Shown here piece by piece: positions 1 to 9,110 of a stretch of DNA of 64,000 bases. The stretch comes from Rickettsiales bacterium (GTDB lineage: Bacteria; Pseudomonadota; Alphaproteobacteria; Rs-D84), in contig JAITQO010000007.1 of the NCBI GenBank assembly GCA_031288835.1, positions 6,417 to 70,416 of the forward strand. The letters are read 5' to 3'. The notes under the pieces are model-generated. The model was not told where the DNA came from, searched no databases, and saw only the letters and a list, made by a program, of their open reading frames with translations. Both the position numbers and the translations under genes were made by a program. The stretch's first letter is position 1. Each line of letters starts with the position of its first letter.

Positions 1-344
1 CTGGCGTCCTTGTCGATATAGGTGTCGGACGCGGGCACATACGCCTCGGGCTGATAATAATCGTAATACGACACGAAGTATTCGACATGATTGTTCGGAA
101 AGAAACCCTTCATCTCCGTATAAAGCTGCGCCGCCAGCGTCTTGTTCGGCGCCATAATCAGCGCCGGACGGTTCGTTTCGGCAATCACGTTCGCCATGGT
201 GAACGTCTTGCCGCTGCCGGTGACGCCCAGAAGAACTTGGTTTCTCTCGCCCCGCTCCAGTCCGCGAACCAGCGCGCGAATCGCGTCCGGCTGGTCGCCG
301 GTCGGGCTGTACTCGGAAACCAGGTCGAATAATTTGTTTTGCAT
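1..344 (-). CDS. uvrB: Excinuclease ABC subunit B (UvrB), N-terminal ~114 codons; the gene continues past the left edge
   Basis: My own minus-strand translation from the ATG at 342-344 gives [75 protein letters not shown]... This is the canonical UvrB N-terminus with Walker A GSGKT. It is absent from the ORF track because no stop lies in the window. Confidence 0.9.
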   Translation of the reverse strand, partial: MQNKLFDLVSEYSPTGDQPDAIRALVRGLERGERNQVLLGVTGSGKTFTMANVIAETNRPALIMAPNKTLAAQLYTEMKGFFPNNHVEYFVSYYDYYQPEAYVPASDTYIDKDA

Positions 345-384
345 GGGATGATTATAGTGTCTATAATATGAAAAACAAGAGAGA

Positions 385-2943
385 ATGAAAGCAAGCAAAA
401 GATACAGGTTCTTCTGGCTGTCGGCGATTATCGCGGCGATTCTGGCGCTGGCATACCTGATAATTCCGCCGATGATTCCGATGTCGCGGTTCCGGGGAAG
501 CTTCGCCGAGGCGCTTTCGAACGAAATCGGGACGCCGGTCGAAATCGACGGAAACGTGAAGTTATCCCTGCTGGGATATCCGATGATGAGCGCGGAGGGC
601 GTCCGATTCGGCGGCGCGGGCGCGAAAACCGTCCGGTTCCGGGTTTCATGGGCGAGCATATTCAATCTTTCGAACGCGCGAATCATCAGCGGAATAAAGG
701 TATCCGGCCTGGAAATGGACGCGAAAAACCTGACCGTTCCGAACTTTGGCAAAAAAATAATACTTGCCGATTCGCTCGTCCGGTTCGGAGGAAAGGAATA
801 CGAGGTCATCGACGGCGTCCTTGATTCCGGAAAATTGTCCGCATATGTCCGGACGAACCGGCACAAATACCGCCTGGATGTTTCGAGCGGCGATTTTATC
901 GTGAGGAATCCGAACGAGGGGCTGGTCATATCGGGACGGCTGGCCGCCGACGAAAGCGGGGAAATCTCGGCCTCGGGGACGCTGCAGATTGACACGAAGG
1001 ATATGAACGAATGGTTCGATTTCCCATTTCCGGAAATCAGGGGCAGGACGAAGCTGTCCATGGATTTCAATTGGGACGGCAAGGGCTTCTTCCGCCTGTT
1101 CAAAATTTCGGGAACGAACGGCAAGGCCTCGTTCAACGGAGAAATCAAATTATGGCACGAAAACGGCAAACAAATCAAAAAGTCCATCCGCATGCGCGTG
1201 GATAACGCCGATTTGGACTTGTCGTTTTTGCGCGACCATTCGGGATTTTTATATAATTCCGACATCGCAATCGATGCGAACGGCGACATAAAAACGCCTT
1301 TCCAGCAAATGAAGAACGCAAAAAATCTGTCGTTGAAAATGAGCTCCAATTTTTCGGAAATCGACATCAAGGCGCTGAAAGCGGCCGACGATAATATTTC
1401 CGTTTCGGCGTCCGGAAAAATAATCCGCGACAACCCGAGCAATCTTGACATCGCGTTCCATCAAACCCGGCCCGGGCGGTCGGTTCGCTGCGTCTTATCC
1501 GGCAATAACGACGACTGGAGATGCAGCGTATGGTCTGTCGTCAGCAAGGATATGACGGCCACCGGCGCTTTGTCGGTTTTCAAAGATAACTTTCAGATGA
1601 CGTTTAATTCCGAAAACGCGAAAATGGATTTGGAATCGCTCGGCGCGCTTGAAAAATACGCCGCCGGCCGCAGCGGCGTCGTGGAGTTCGACGCGGGAGA
1701 CGTCTCCGGAGTCGCGCAAATCCAAAACGGGCACAGGCGGATAGAATACGTTCACAAAAATACCGACGTCGGCGCGCTGCCGGTAGACCTGCCGCTGCCC
1801 GAATCCATGAAAAAAGCGCGCGGGAATCTCGCGGCGGAAATTCGCGACGACAAGATGTCGTTCAGTTTCCAGGCGCCGGACTGGTCGCTGTCCGTCGACG
1901 ACGGCGACGGTTTTTCAATCAATCACAAGGACGGGAAAAAACTGCTGGCGGCGCTGACCGGAAAACCGGAACTGCCGTTCGTAAAAAACGGCATTCCCGT
2001 CATCATCGCGGGAAAATACAGCAGGCCGTTCATAACCGACCTGCGCGTCCAGATTGCGGGAATGCGGTTCGCCGGGCTGATGGGATACAACGGAATCACC
2101 CTTAGGACGGACGTGTTGGATTTGGACAAGGCGCTGGATGAAAAATGGTTCGCCGATTTCATCGACAACCAGTATTTGTCCGGCGACCCGCTGCTGGCGC
2201 CGTTTGACTTCGGAACGAATCTGTCCATATCCGCCGACGCAGTGAAACTGAACGGCGCGGAATACAAGGGGTTCATATACTCGCTGGACGGCGCCGGCCA
2301 GAAGATGTCCATTTCAGATTCCGAGCACGGGAAGCTTCTGCTATCCGTTTCCAAAGACAAATCGAAATATAAATATCTGATTCAGATGAACAGGTTTTTC
2401 GTTCCGGGCAGGCTGTTCGACGGAGATTTGCCGATTAATTTGGAAAAGACGACCGTCACGGCGCAGGCGGAGCTGGAATCGACGGGACTGACGGCATACG
2501 ACATCAGAAGAAACATGACGGGAATCGTGGACGCCTCGCTCGACGGCGGGATATTGTCGGGATTCGGGACGGACGATTTTTATAGCAACGCGAACAGGTA
2601 TGGGAAAACGGACACGGAAAACGCGCTGCACGGGGCGCTTTCGTCCGGCTTGACCGAGGTGAAGGAAATGCAGATTACCGGCGAATATTCCGGCGGGGAC
2701 TTCAGAACGACGAAACCGTTCCTTTTGACCGCGCGGCACACGGACATCACCGGGAACCTGTCAATCAAAAACGATTCCGTCTTGATTCGCGCGAACATAG
2801 TATTGCGCGGAACCTCGCCGATACCGAGGCCGCTTGCCCTGACCATTGAAAACGGCGCGCGCGAATACTCCCTGTCCGACATCCTGCCGGACATCGACCT
2901 GGATTACCTGCGCGAGTTCGTCCGGACGCACAGGAAGTTCTGA
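385..2943 (+). CDS. AsmA-family envelope biogenesis protein (N-terminal membrane anchor plus long periplasmic body)
   Basis: 852 aa ORF. It has an N-terminal TM ([19 protein letters not shown]) followed by an AsmA-like start, [38 protein letters not shown]. The rest is long and beta-rich. The ATG is preceded by an AG-rich stretch. Confidence 0.5.
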   Translation: MKASKRYRFFWLSAIIAAILALAYLIIPPMIPMSRFRGSFAEALSNEIGTPVEIDGNVKLSLLGYPMMSAEGVRFGGAGAKTVRFRVSWASIFNLSNARIISGIKVSGLEMDAKNLTVPNFGKKIILADSLVRFGGKEYEVIDGVLDSGKLSAYVRTNRHKYRLDVSSGDFIVRNPNEGLVISGRLAADESGEISASGTLQIDTKDMNEWFDFPFPEIRGRTKLSMDFNWDGKGFFRLFKISGTNGKASFNGEIKLWHENGKQIKKSIRMRVDNADLDLSFLRDHSGFLYNSDIAIDANGDIKTPFQQMKNAKNLSLKMSSNFSEIDIKALKAADDNISVSASGKIIRDNPSNLDIAFHQTRPGRSVRCVLSGNNDDWRCSVWSVVSKDMTATGALSVFKDNFQMTFNSENAKMDLESLGALEKYAAGRSGVVEFDAGDVSGVAQIQNGHRRIEYVHKNTDVGALPVDLPLPESMKKARGNLAAEIRDDKMSFSFQAPDWSLSVDDGDGFSINHKDGKKLLAALTGKPELPFVKNGIPVIIAGKYSRPFITDLRVQIAGMRFAGLMGYNGITLRTDVLDLDKALDEKWFADFIDNQYLSGDPLLAPFDFGTNLSISADAVKLNGAEYKGFIYSLDGAGQKMSISDSEHGKLLLSVSKDKSKYKYLIQMNRFFVPGRLFDGDLPINLEKTTVTAQAELESTGLTAYDIRRNMTGIVDASLDGGILSGFGTDDFYSNANRYGKTDTENALHGALSSGLTEVKEMQITGEYSGGDFRTTKPFLLTARHTDITGNLSIKNDSVLIRANIVLRGTSPIPRPLALTIENGAREYSLSDILPDIDLDYLREFVRTHRKF

Positions 2944-2981
2944 TTGCCTTTCCGATTTTTATGTTTATAATTGCCGTGTTC

Positions 2982-3055
2982 GCCCCCATAGTATAATGGC
3001 AGAACAGGTCCTTGGTAAGGACCAGGCGCAAGTCCGATTCTTGCTGGGGGCACCA
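2982..3055 (+). tRNA. tRNA-Thr (anticodon GGT), CCA encoded; non-canonical T-loop
   Basis: Hand-folded cloverleaf. Acceptor GCCCCCA/TGGGGGC, anticodon stem GGTCC/GGACC with loop TTGGTAA, T-stem GCAAG/CTTGC, discriminator A plus CCA. The T-loop reads TCCGATT (C at the normally invariant U55 position) and the D-stem is weak, so it could be atypical or degenerate. A TATAAT lies at 2965-2970. Confidence 0.7.
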
Positions 3056-3066
3056 CGTATTGCAAG
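3050..3066 (+). repeat. Left copy of a 17 bp direct repeat (GCACCACGTATTGCAAG) spanning the tRNA-Thr 3' end; att-like
   Basis: 16 of 17 positions match 3708-3724. The repeat contains the last 6 nt of the tRNA (GCACCA) plus 11 nt of flank. Confidence 0.55.
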
Positions 3067-3134
3067 ACCCTTTTGAATTATGGCGGCGCCGTTTTGCCAA
3101 GCCCGATTGCCGACGGTTCAAAAAATATAGTTTT

Positions 3135-3596
3135 TTATGGAGTATCGGGCTCATCCCTAATTTGCATCAGGATTTTGCCCAGGATATTTCTGCCGCTACC
3201 TTCGCCGAAACCGCATCTGATGCACACGTCGCAAGACTTTAATAAAATTGCATCACCGGTGGATAACAATAGTTCTTTGGCATCGGGGTTTTGTTGAAAT
3301 TTTGCAACTTGTGCTTTCTTCATTATTTCAAATTTATTTTTATCAAAGCCAGGCCTGCGATTCTCTCGATATTCGGGCTTCTTGGTTAATAATCTGGCTT
3401 CGTTTGAATCTTTCATTTCCAATATATCATTAAATCGTTTGTCCGTCGTTTCAAACTTCATTGCCTGGTAATAATGTTCCGCGCTGGGGAATTTATACAT
3501 TTTTCCATCAACTTCCATCTCGATGGGAATTTGTGAATGCGGGCTTAAAAACCAATATTCACCAACCGGCAAACAAAATCGGATTTCTTTTTTCAT
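3135..3596 (-). CDS. NADAR (YbiA/DUF1768) family protein
   Basis: 153 aa. The pattern EYWFLSPHS...FPSAEHYYQAMKF...AKFQQNPDAKELLLSTGDAILLK...GRNILGKILMQIRDE follows the NADAR/YbiA pattern (FLSNF..., SxEHxxQAxKF, terminal G.N.LG..LM..R). The gene and its flanks are clearly more AT-rich than neighbouring core genes. Confidence 0.75.
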   Translation of the reverse strand: MKKEIRFCLPVGEYWFLSPHSQIPIEMEVDGKMYKFPSAEHYYQAMKFETTDKRFNDILEMKDSNEARLLTKKPEYRENRRPGFDKNKFEIMKKAQVAKFQQNPDAKELLLSTGDAILLKSCDVCIRCGFGEGSGRNILGKILMQIRDEPDTP

Positions 3597-3707
3597 CGTA
3601 TTCTCTTTTAATCCGCACTATACCAATCTTTTCTTGAAAACCATAATTTTCTTTGACAACATCACAAAAGCGTTGGAATTGCAGGTCCGATAATCTCACG
3701 GCGTCCC

Positions 3708-3724
3708 GCACCACGTATTACAAG
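3708..3724 (+). repeat. Right copy of the 17 bp direct repeat (GCACCACGTATTACAAG); att-like
   Basis: See 3050-3066. It bounds a ~675 bp AT-rich segment holding only the NADAR gene. Confidence 0.55.
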
Positions 3725-3890
3725 CAGGCGATTTTAACAGCCTATTAAACGGCGGAAGCATTGAAAACCTAAGGTTTTTCCCGGAAACTTCCGAGTCCGA
3801 TAACAATAGGCCTAAAATCGCCCGCATCTCAGAAATTATCGGACTATCAAGTGGTTTTCTCGCGTTTCCGGCCACCGTTTGATTTATCCA

Positions 3891-4106
3891 TTAGCTAGTC
3901 CCACGTTCTTTCATTTTATTTAAAAGCTTTAGCACCCCTTCCGCTTCCTCGGCCAAAGTTGTATCTGATAGAGGGTTTGCCAACACAGCCAAAATACCCC
4001 TCACAAACATTTCTTTTTTGCTCATATTTTCTATAATTTTTGGATTTTCGTCATCAGTCAAGGAATTATACATTTTTTCTATTACTGATTGTTCTTCTTT
4101 TGCCAT
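3891..4106 (-). CDS. Hypothetical small protein (71 aa)
   Basis: ORF with an ATG start in an AT-rich accessory stretch. I recognise no family. Confidence 0.35.
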   Translation of the reverse strand: MAKEEQSVIEKMYNSLTDDENPKIIENMSKKEMFVRGILAVLANPLSDTTLAEEAEGVLKLLNKMKERGTS

Positions 4107-4270
4107 TTTGATACTCCTTTTCTTTGGTATGGTTCATTGTAACACTTTTCAACTTTAAATCATATATATTATATTTTCATTAAAAATTAGATTTTTTCTG
4201 ACCACGCTGCAAAAATGTCCGGGGGATGGTTCGATAATGCTCACAGCATCCAGCGCCATTCGATTACCGC

Positions 4271-4298
4271 TTGCAATTCGGGCGCCGTTCGCTATAAT
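4271..4298 (+). promoter_or_regulatory. Sigma70-like promoter upstream of aspS
   Basis: TTGCAA (4271-4276), 16 nt spacer, TATAAT (4293-4298). It ends about 30 nt before the aspS ATG. Confidence 0.5.
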
Positions 4299-4328
4299 GC
4301 GCAAACAAAAATAAAAAGAGCGCGGATT

Positions 4329-6089
4329 ATGCCAAACATTTACAGAACACATACCTGCGGAGAACTGTCGGCAAAGAATGTCGGCGCGACGGCGACGCTG
4401 TCCGGATGGGTGCACAGAAAACGCGACCACGGAGGCCTTTTGTTCGTAGACCTGCGCGACAACTATGGAATCACGCAATGCGTATTCGACTTGGCCAACA
4501 AACAGCTGGCGGACATCGAAAAGATTCGCCCAGAATCGGTCATTCGCGTTCGCGGAGACGTCGTGAAAAGGACGCATGACCAAATCAATTCGAAAATCCC
4601 GACCGGAGAAATAGAGATAAAGGCGGAAAAATTCGACGTTCTGACGCACGCGGACGTCCTGCCGCTGCAGGTTTTCGGCGACGAGGAGACGGCCGAGGAA
4701 TTGCGCCTGAAATACCGATATATCGATTTGCGGCGCGAATCCCTTCACAAAAACATTTTGACGCGGAACAAAATCATGAAGTTCATCAGAGACAAGATGT
4801 GGGAACTCGGGTTCTCGGAGTTTCAGACGCCCATTCTTACGGTGTCGTCGCCCGAAGGCGCGCGCGACTATCTGGTGCCGTCGCGGCTGCATCACGGAAT
4901 GTTCTACGCCCTGCCCCAGGCGCCGCAGCAATTCAAGCAGCTGCTGCAAATCGCGGGCTTCGACAGATACTTCCAAATCGCGCCGTGCTTCCGCGACGAA
5001 GATTTGCGCGCCGACAGACTGCTCGAGTTCTATCAGTTGGATTTGGAAATGTCGTTCGCGGAACTGGCGGACATTCAGGCAATCGGTGATTCCCTGATGC
5101 CCGAATTATTGAAGGCATTCATTCCTGACGCAAAGGTCGCGGCCGACATTCCGCATATTTCGTTCGCGAACGCCATGCTGAAATACGGAACGGACAAGCC
5201 GGACCTGCGCAATCCAATCATAATCGGCGACGTCGGCGACGTCTTCGCGGATTCGGACTTTGGGATTTTCGCGGACGCGGTCGCAGCGGGCGCGGTCGTC
5301 CGCGCGGTTCCGGCGCCGAATACGGCCGCGAAACCGCGCTCGTGGTTCGACAAGACGGAATCGTTCGCAACGGAGGAGCTCGGGCTTGCGGGGCTAGGAT
5401 ACATCGTGTTCGCCGCCGACGGCGCGAAAGGGCCCGTCGCAAAAAAGCTGGACGCCGACCGCATCGCGAAAATAAGGGAAATATGCGGATTGTCGGACGG
5501 CGATTCGGTATTCTTCATCTGCGAATCTGAGGACGCCGCGTCAAAGGCCGCCGGAAAACTGCGCGCCAGATTCGGAAACGACCTGGAACTGCTCGACGAA
5601 AACGAATACCGCATGTGCTGGGTCGAGGATTTTCCGATGTATGAATTGAACGATGAAACCGGAAAAATCGACTTTGGCCACAATCCGTTCTCATTGCCGA
5701 AAAACCCGCTTGACGGAGAGCCGCTGAAAATCCTGGCCAATCAGTTCGACATGGTGCTGAACGGAGAGGAAATCTGTTCCGGCGGGCTTCGAAACTACAA
5801 TCCCGAAACGATGATAAAGGCGTTCGCGCTCGCAGGGTACGACGAGGACGACGTCAAGACAAAGTTCGGCGGGATGTGGGGCGCGTTCCAATACGGCGCG
5901 CCGCCGCACGGGGGGTGCGCGTTCGGGCTGGACCGCATAGTCAGGATAATCCTGAAGGAACAGAATCTGCGCGAGGTCGTGGCGTTTCCGACGAACCAGC
6001 GCGGGCAAGACCTGATGCTGGGCGCCCCGCGCGAGGCGGACGAGCGGCAGCTGCGCGAGGTTCACATTCAGGTAAGGAAGAAAGGATAA
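4329..6089 (+). CDS. aspS: Aspartate--tRNA ligase
   Basis: From the internal ATG: MPNIYRTHTCGELSAKNVGATATLSGWVHRKRDHGGLLFVDLRDNYGITQ. Class II motifs are present: FQIAPCFRDEDLRADR and PPHGGCAFGLDR. The ORF-track start at 4215 is an upstream in-frame extension. Confidence 0.95.
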   Translation: MPNIYRTHTCGELSAKNVGATATLSGWVHRKRDHGGLLFVDLRDNYGITQCVFDLANKQLADIEKIRPESVIRVRGDVVKRTHDQINSKIPTGEIEIKAEKFDVLTHADVLPLQVFGDEETAEELRLKYRYIDLRRESLHKNILTRNKIMKFIRDKMWELGFSEFQTPILTVSSPEGARDYLVPSRLHHGMFYALPQAPQQFKQLLQIAGFDRYFQIAPCFRDEDLRADRLLEFYQLDLEMSFAELADIQAIGDSLMPELLKAFIPDAKVAADIPHISFANAMLKYGTDKPDLRNPIIIGDVGDVFADSDFGIFADAVAAGAVVRAVPAPNTAAKPRSWFDKTESFATEELGLAGLGYIVFAADGAKGPVAKKLDADRIAKIREICGLSDGDSVFFICESEDAASKAAGKLRARFGNDLELLDENEYRMCWVEDFPMYELNDETGKIDFGHNPFSLPKNPLDGEPLKILANQFDMVLNGEEICSGGLRNYNPETMIKAFALAGYDEDDVKTKFGGMWGAFQYGAPPHGGCAFGLDRIVRIILKEQNLREVVAFPTNQRGQDLMLGAPREADERQLREVHIQVRKKG

Positions 6090-6118
6090 AACCAACCGCA
6101 AACAATAAGGAAGAGAGA

Positions 6119-6874
6119 ATGAAGAAAACATCGAAAACGGTGAAATTGGCGCAGTGGCTGCTGTTCGCGGTTCTGATAGCGACGGCTGAATTTTTTCTGG
6201 TCGCGCCGTTTTTTATCAACAAAAACAAGGACGCCGCGAATGCCGGACACGAAGTATCGCTGTGCCGGCGCGTCGTTTCGGTCCTTGAAAATCACCTGAG
6301 AAAAATAGGCGAGGACGGAGAGGCGCCGGATTATTTAGACCGCGCGAAAATATTGAACCGCCTGTCTCTCGAAGCGTGCGACGAAGAGGCCAGACGAAGG
6401 TATTTTTCGCGCGCGCTCGCGGAACTTCAGGTGGCGGAGGCGCTGCGCATGCTGGGCGCGCAGGCAAGCGACGCAAGCCAGAAGATGGGCTTTTACTGGA
6501 AAGAGCGCGCGGAGTTCTTTCGCATGCATCAGATGACGGACAACGAATTGGATATTTACGAGAAATACCTGGCGATTCCCGGCCGCAGCCGCGACGTATA
6601 TTCGCTGGTGAAAAAGGCCGAGATATTCGTCCGGGTCGGACGACTTGGCGACGCGGTTCAGATTTACGCCGACGTCGCGGACGCATGCAGGCCGGCGAAC
6701 AATTCCAACTGCTACGTCGCCGGCGCCAAGTTCGCGGATTTGCTGGAAGAGAGCGCGGACAATCAGGAAATCATCGGGGAACTTCGCCAGAGGTGGGCGA
6801 AAGAGGAGGATTTCCGCGACTTGTTCAAATACAACAGGGACGCGGCCGCGCGAATCAAAAACGTGCTGAAATAA
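6119..6874 (+). CDS. Hypothetical membrane-anchored helical (TPR-like) protein
   Basis: ATG at 6119 after GGAAGAGAG. N-terminal TM (LAQWLLFAVLIATAEFFLV), then an alpha-helical repeat-like body. The ORF-track start at 5876 overlaps aspS and is spurious. Confidence 0.55.
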   Translation: MKKTSKTVKLAQWLLFAVLIATAEFFLVAPFFINKNKDAANAGHEVSLCRRVVSVLENHLRKIGEDGEAPDYLDRAKILNRLSLEACDEEARRRYFSRALAELQVAEALRMLGAQASDASQKMGFYWKERAEFFRMHQMTDNELDIYEKYLAIPGRSRDVYSLVKKAEIFVRVGRLGDAVQIYADVADACRPANNSNCYVAGAKFADLLEESADNQEIIGELRQRWAKEEDFRDLFKYNRDAAARIKNVLK

Positions 6875-6908
6875 AAATCGGGCGCAATCTAGGAAATATG
6901 GCGGGTTC

Positions 6909-6938
6909 TTGACATTGGCGTATTCGCAATGCTATTAT
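6909..6938 (+). promoter_or_regulatory. Near-consensus sigma70-like promoter ahead of a ~210 nt leader to hisG
   Basis: TTGACA (6909-6914), 18 nt spacer, TATTAT (6933-6938). Confidence 0.45.
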
Positions 6939-7154
6939 ACGAATGCGCAAAAAAAATGAAAAACCTGAACAAAACGTTTTCAGCCATGACGATTGCGCGG
7001 AACAAAAATAATTTCCGCGTGCTCTGTTTTGCCGCCCCACGCGCCCATCACGCCTGAGGCGTGTATTTCCCATATATTCTGCCAATCGGCATAAACAATT
7101 CGTGTCATTTTTATGACACAGTCAGCATTTTTGCAAATCATAAGGAATAAAAAA

Positions 7155-7835
7155 ATGAAAAACAGATTAACAATCGCCATACAAAAAGGCGAAAGAATGA
7201 GCGAACCGGCCGTCGGCATGCTCGGCAGGGCCGGAATCAAAATAGAAAAATCCCCGCGTCGGCTGGTCGCGGAAAAAGGCGACATCAAACTGGCCTTTCT
7301 GCGCGGGCCGGATATTCCGTGCCTGCTGGACGAAGGCGTCGTCGACGCGGCGATTATCGGCAGCAACGAGATAGAGGAGGCATATCTTGAAAATCCGGCG
7401 CGACGGAAATACCTGCTCGACAATATCCCGTTGGGAATAAGTCCCGCCAGAATATCCCTAGCCGGCCCGCTGAAAAGAAAGACCGATTACGATTTGTCCG
7501 ATGCCAAGGCGATTGCAACGTCCTATCCGAACATCGCAAGGGAATATCTGTTGCGGAGCGGAATAATCGGTCTGTCGCGCAACCGCCGGACAACCAGACC
7601 GTTCGTGAATGTAATTTTCCTTTCGGGCGCGGTCGAGGCGGCGCCAGAGCTCGGCATGGCCGATTACATTATCGACATCGTGGAAAGCGGCGGCACGCTT
7701 GCGGAAAACGGGCTGGCCGAATTCGACAAGATTATGGACACACAGGGCGTGCTGGTATCGCGCCGGCTGGAAGCGTATCAGGCCGCGATTTTCAGGCGCA
7801 TAAAGGAGGCGCTGGAAGATGTCGGACAAAGATAA
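7155..7835 (+). CDS. hisG: ATP phosphoribosyltransferase, short form
   Basis: MKNRLTIAIQKGERMSEPAVGMLGRAGI...DAAIIGSNEI...ADYIIDIVESGGTLAENGL is the typical HisG-S pattern. AAGGA lies 8 nt before the ATG at 7155. The in-frame upstream start at 7113 is also possible. Confidence 0.85.
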   Translation: MKNRLTIAIQKGERMSEPAVGMLGRAGIKIEKSPRRLVAEKGDIKLAFLRGPDIPCLLDEGVVDAAIIGSNEIEEAYLENPARRKYLLDNIPLGISPARISLAGPLKRKTDYDLSDAKAIATSYPNIAREYLLRSGIIGLSRNRRTTRPFVNVIFLSGAVEAAPELGMADYIIDIVESGGTLAENGLAEFDKIMDTQGVLVSRRLEAYQAAIFRRIKEALEDVGQR

Positions 7836-8758
7836 AATCTATGCAGGATTGCTCGGGAACGTCATTACATGCAAACAAGCGATGACGATAAAAGACGCCC
7901 GCCCCGAAACCGACAACGAGCCCTAGGTAATCCTGCCAAAAGACGGAACCGGCCTTGTCGGGCGGGCCGAGGCGTCGGGGGTTCCGCCGTTCCTGCCGTA
8001 TATAACCGTGCGAAAAACAGTCGCCGGGAAATTGTCGCGCGCGGATGCCGCGCTGAAATCGCGGAATCCGAATTGGCAGATTGTCGCCGCATACGGATAT
8101 CGCAACCCCGAAATCCAGCGGCGCGGATTCGCCGAACAGATGGAATTACTGCGAGGAAAGTTCAAGACCGAAGACGAGCCGATGGAGGCCGCCAGCATAA
8201 ATGCCGCCAACCCCATAATCGCCGGACATCCGACAGGAGGCGCCGAGGACGTGACGATTTTCGACATGGAAGCGCGCGAATATTCGGACTTTGGAACGCC
8301 GTGCGGCGATTTCGATCGCCGGACATGTTTTACGCGTCCCCATTCGCAAGCGACGCGGCGAAATCCAACCACAGGCTGTTGCGGGAAATAATGCCGACGC
8401 AGGGATTTTTGCCATTAACCTGATAAATAGTACCGAATTGCGCGTGGCGTCCGTGTCAAATGCGGAAGAAAAAATCAAATCTGGCTCTGATGGCGCACTT
8501 GTAGCCGGACCATCACTAACGTCAAACGAACGGACTGCCTCGTCGGGGGCCAGAAGTAATGAAATTATAAATAAATCGGGCGCGGCAGTCAAGAGAAAAA
8601 AACAGTCGGAATTGGTAAAAATGGCGAACGACGGCGAATGGTGGCATTTTTCATACGGCGACAAGGAATGGGCATACGCAGACAAAATGCCGGACGCGCT
8701 TTACGGGCAGAAAATGCCCGACGAGATTCCCTATGCGCGGCAAAATCACAATTCGTAA
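7819..8758 (+). pseudogene. M15-family D-Ala-D-Ala dipeptidase (VanX/DdpX-like), disrupted
   Basis: Homology runs across three frames. The pieces are VRKTVAGKLSRADAALKSRNPNWQIVAAYGYRNPEIQ...AGHPTGGAEDVTIFD...DFGTPCGDFD (frame of 8008), then SPDMFYASPFASDAAKSNHRLLREIMPTQGFL (frame of 7869), then NDGEWWHFSYGD (frame of 8291). There is an in-frame TAG at 7924-7926. Frame changes occur near 8316 and in the T5 run at 8406-8410. About 63 extra codons sit between the GF and EWWHF motifs. Confidence 0.6.
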
Positions 8759-9021
8759 ATCATTTTCCTGATGTTGATTCCGCGCCGGTCCGAGATTATC
8801 ATCCGGTCGCTGCCGATTAAATCCGCGCGCGGCCCGAACAGCAGTTTTTCTATCATGTCGCGGAATCCGCGGGGTATCTCGCAATGATACGGCGCGTATA
8901 TCGCGGCGCCGAACTTTTTGATTCCCGCCAGATTGTATTTGTATCCGTTCCGCGTCAGAACGTATATCTGATACGGCGACAGGTCGAACCGCCTGGTCAA
9001 AAAATCAATGTCCGCCTTCAT
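8746..9021 (-). CDS. Hypothetical protein (91 aa)
   Basis: ATG-initiated ORF with protein-like composition, converging on the dipeptidase relic. I recognise no family. Confidence 0.35.
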   Translation of the reverse strand: MKADIDFLTRRFDLSPYQIYVLTRNGYKYNLAGIKKFGAAIYAPYHCEIPRGFRDMIEKLLFGPRADLIGSDRMIISDRRGINIRKMIYEL

Positions 9022-9110
9022 GCCAGGATGATAAATCAGCGCCCGAAGGATTGTGAACAGGTATGTATTCCTGCTTGCAAATCCGGCGTTTTTCGTGTAG
9101 CGTTTCCATT

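Noticed and set aside
8421-8624. The ~200 nt insert in the M15 dipeptidase gene as a small group I intron or a MITE
   Set aside because: The insert is open in the downstream reading frame and joins the upstream motif if one T is restored in the T5 run. I see no terminal inverted repeats, no target duplication and no P7/P3-like pairing. An in-frame loop insertion plus a frameshift explains it.
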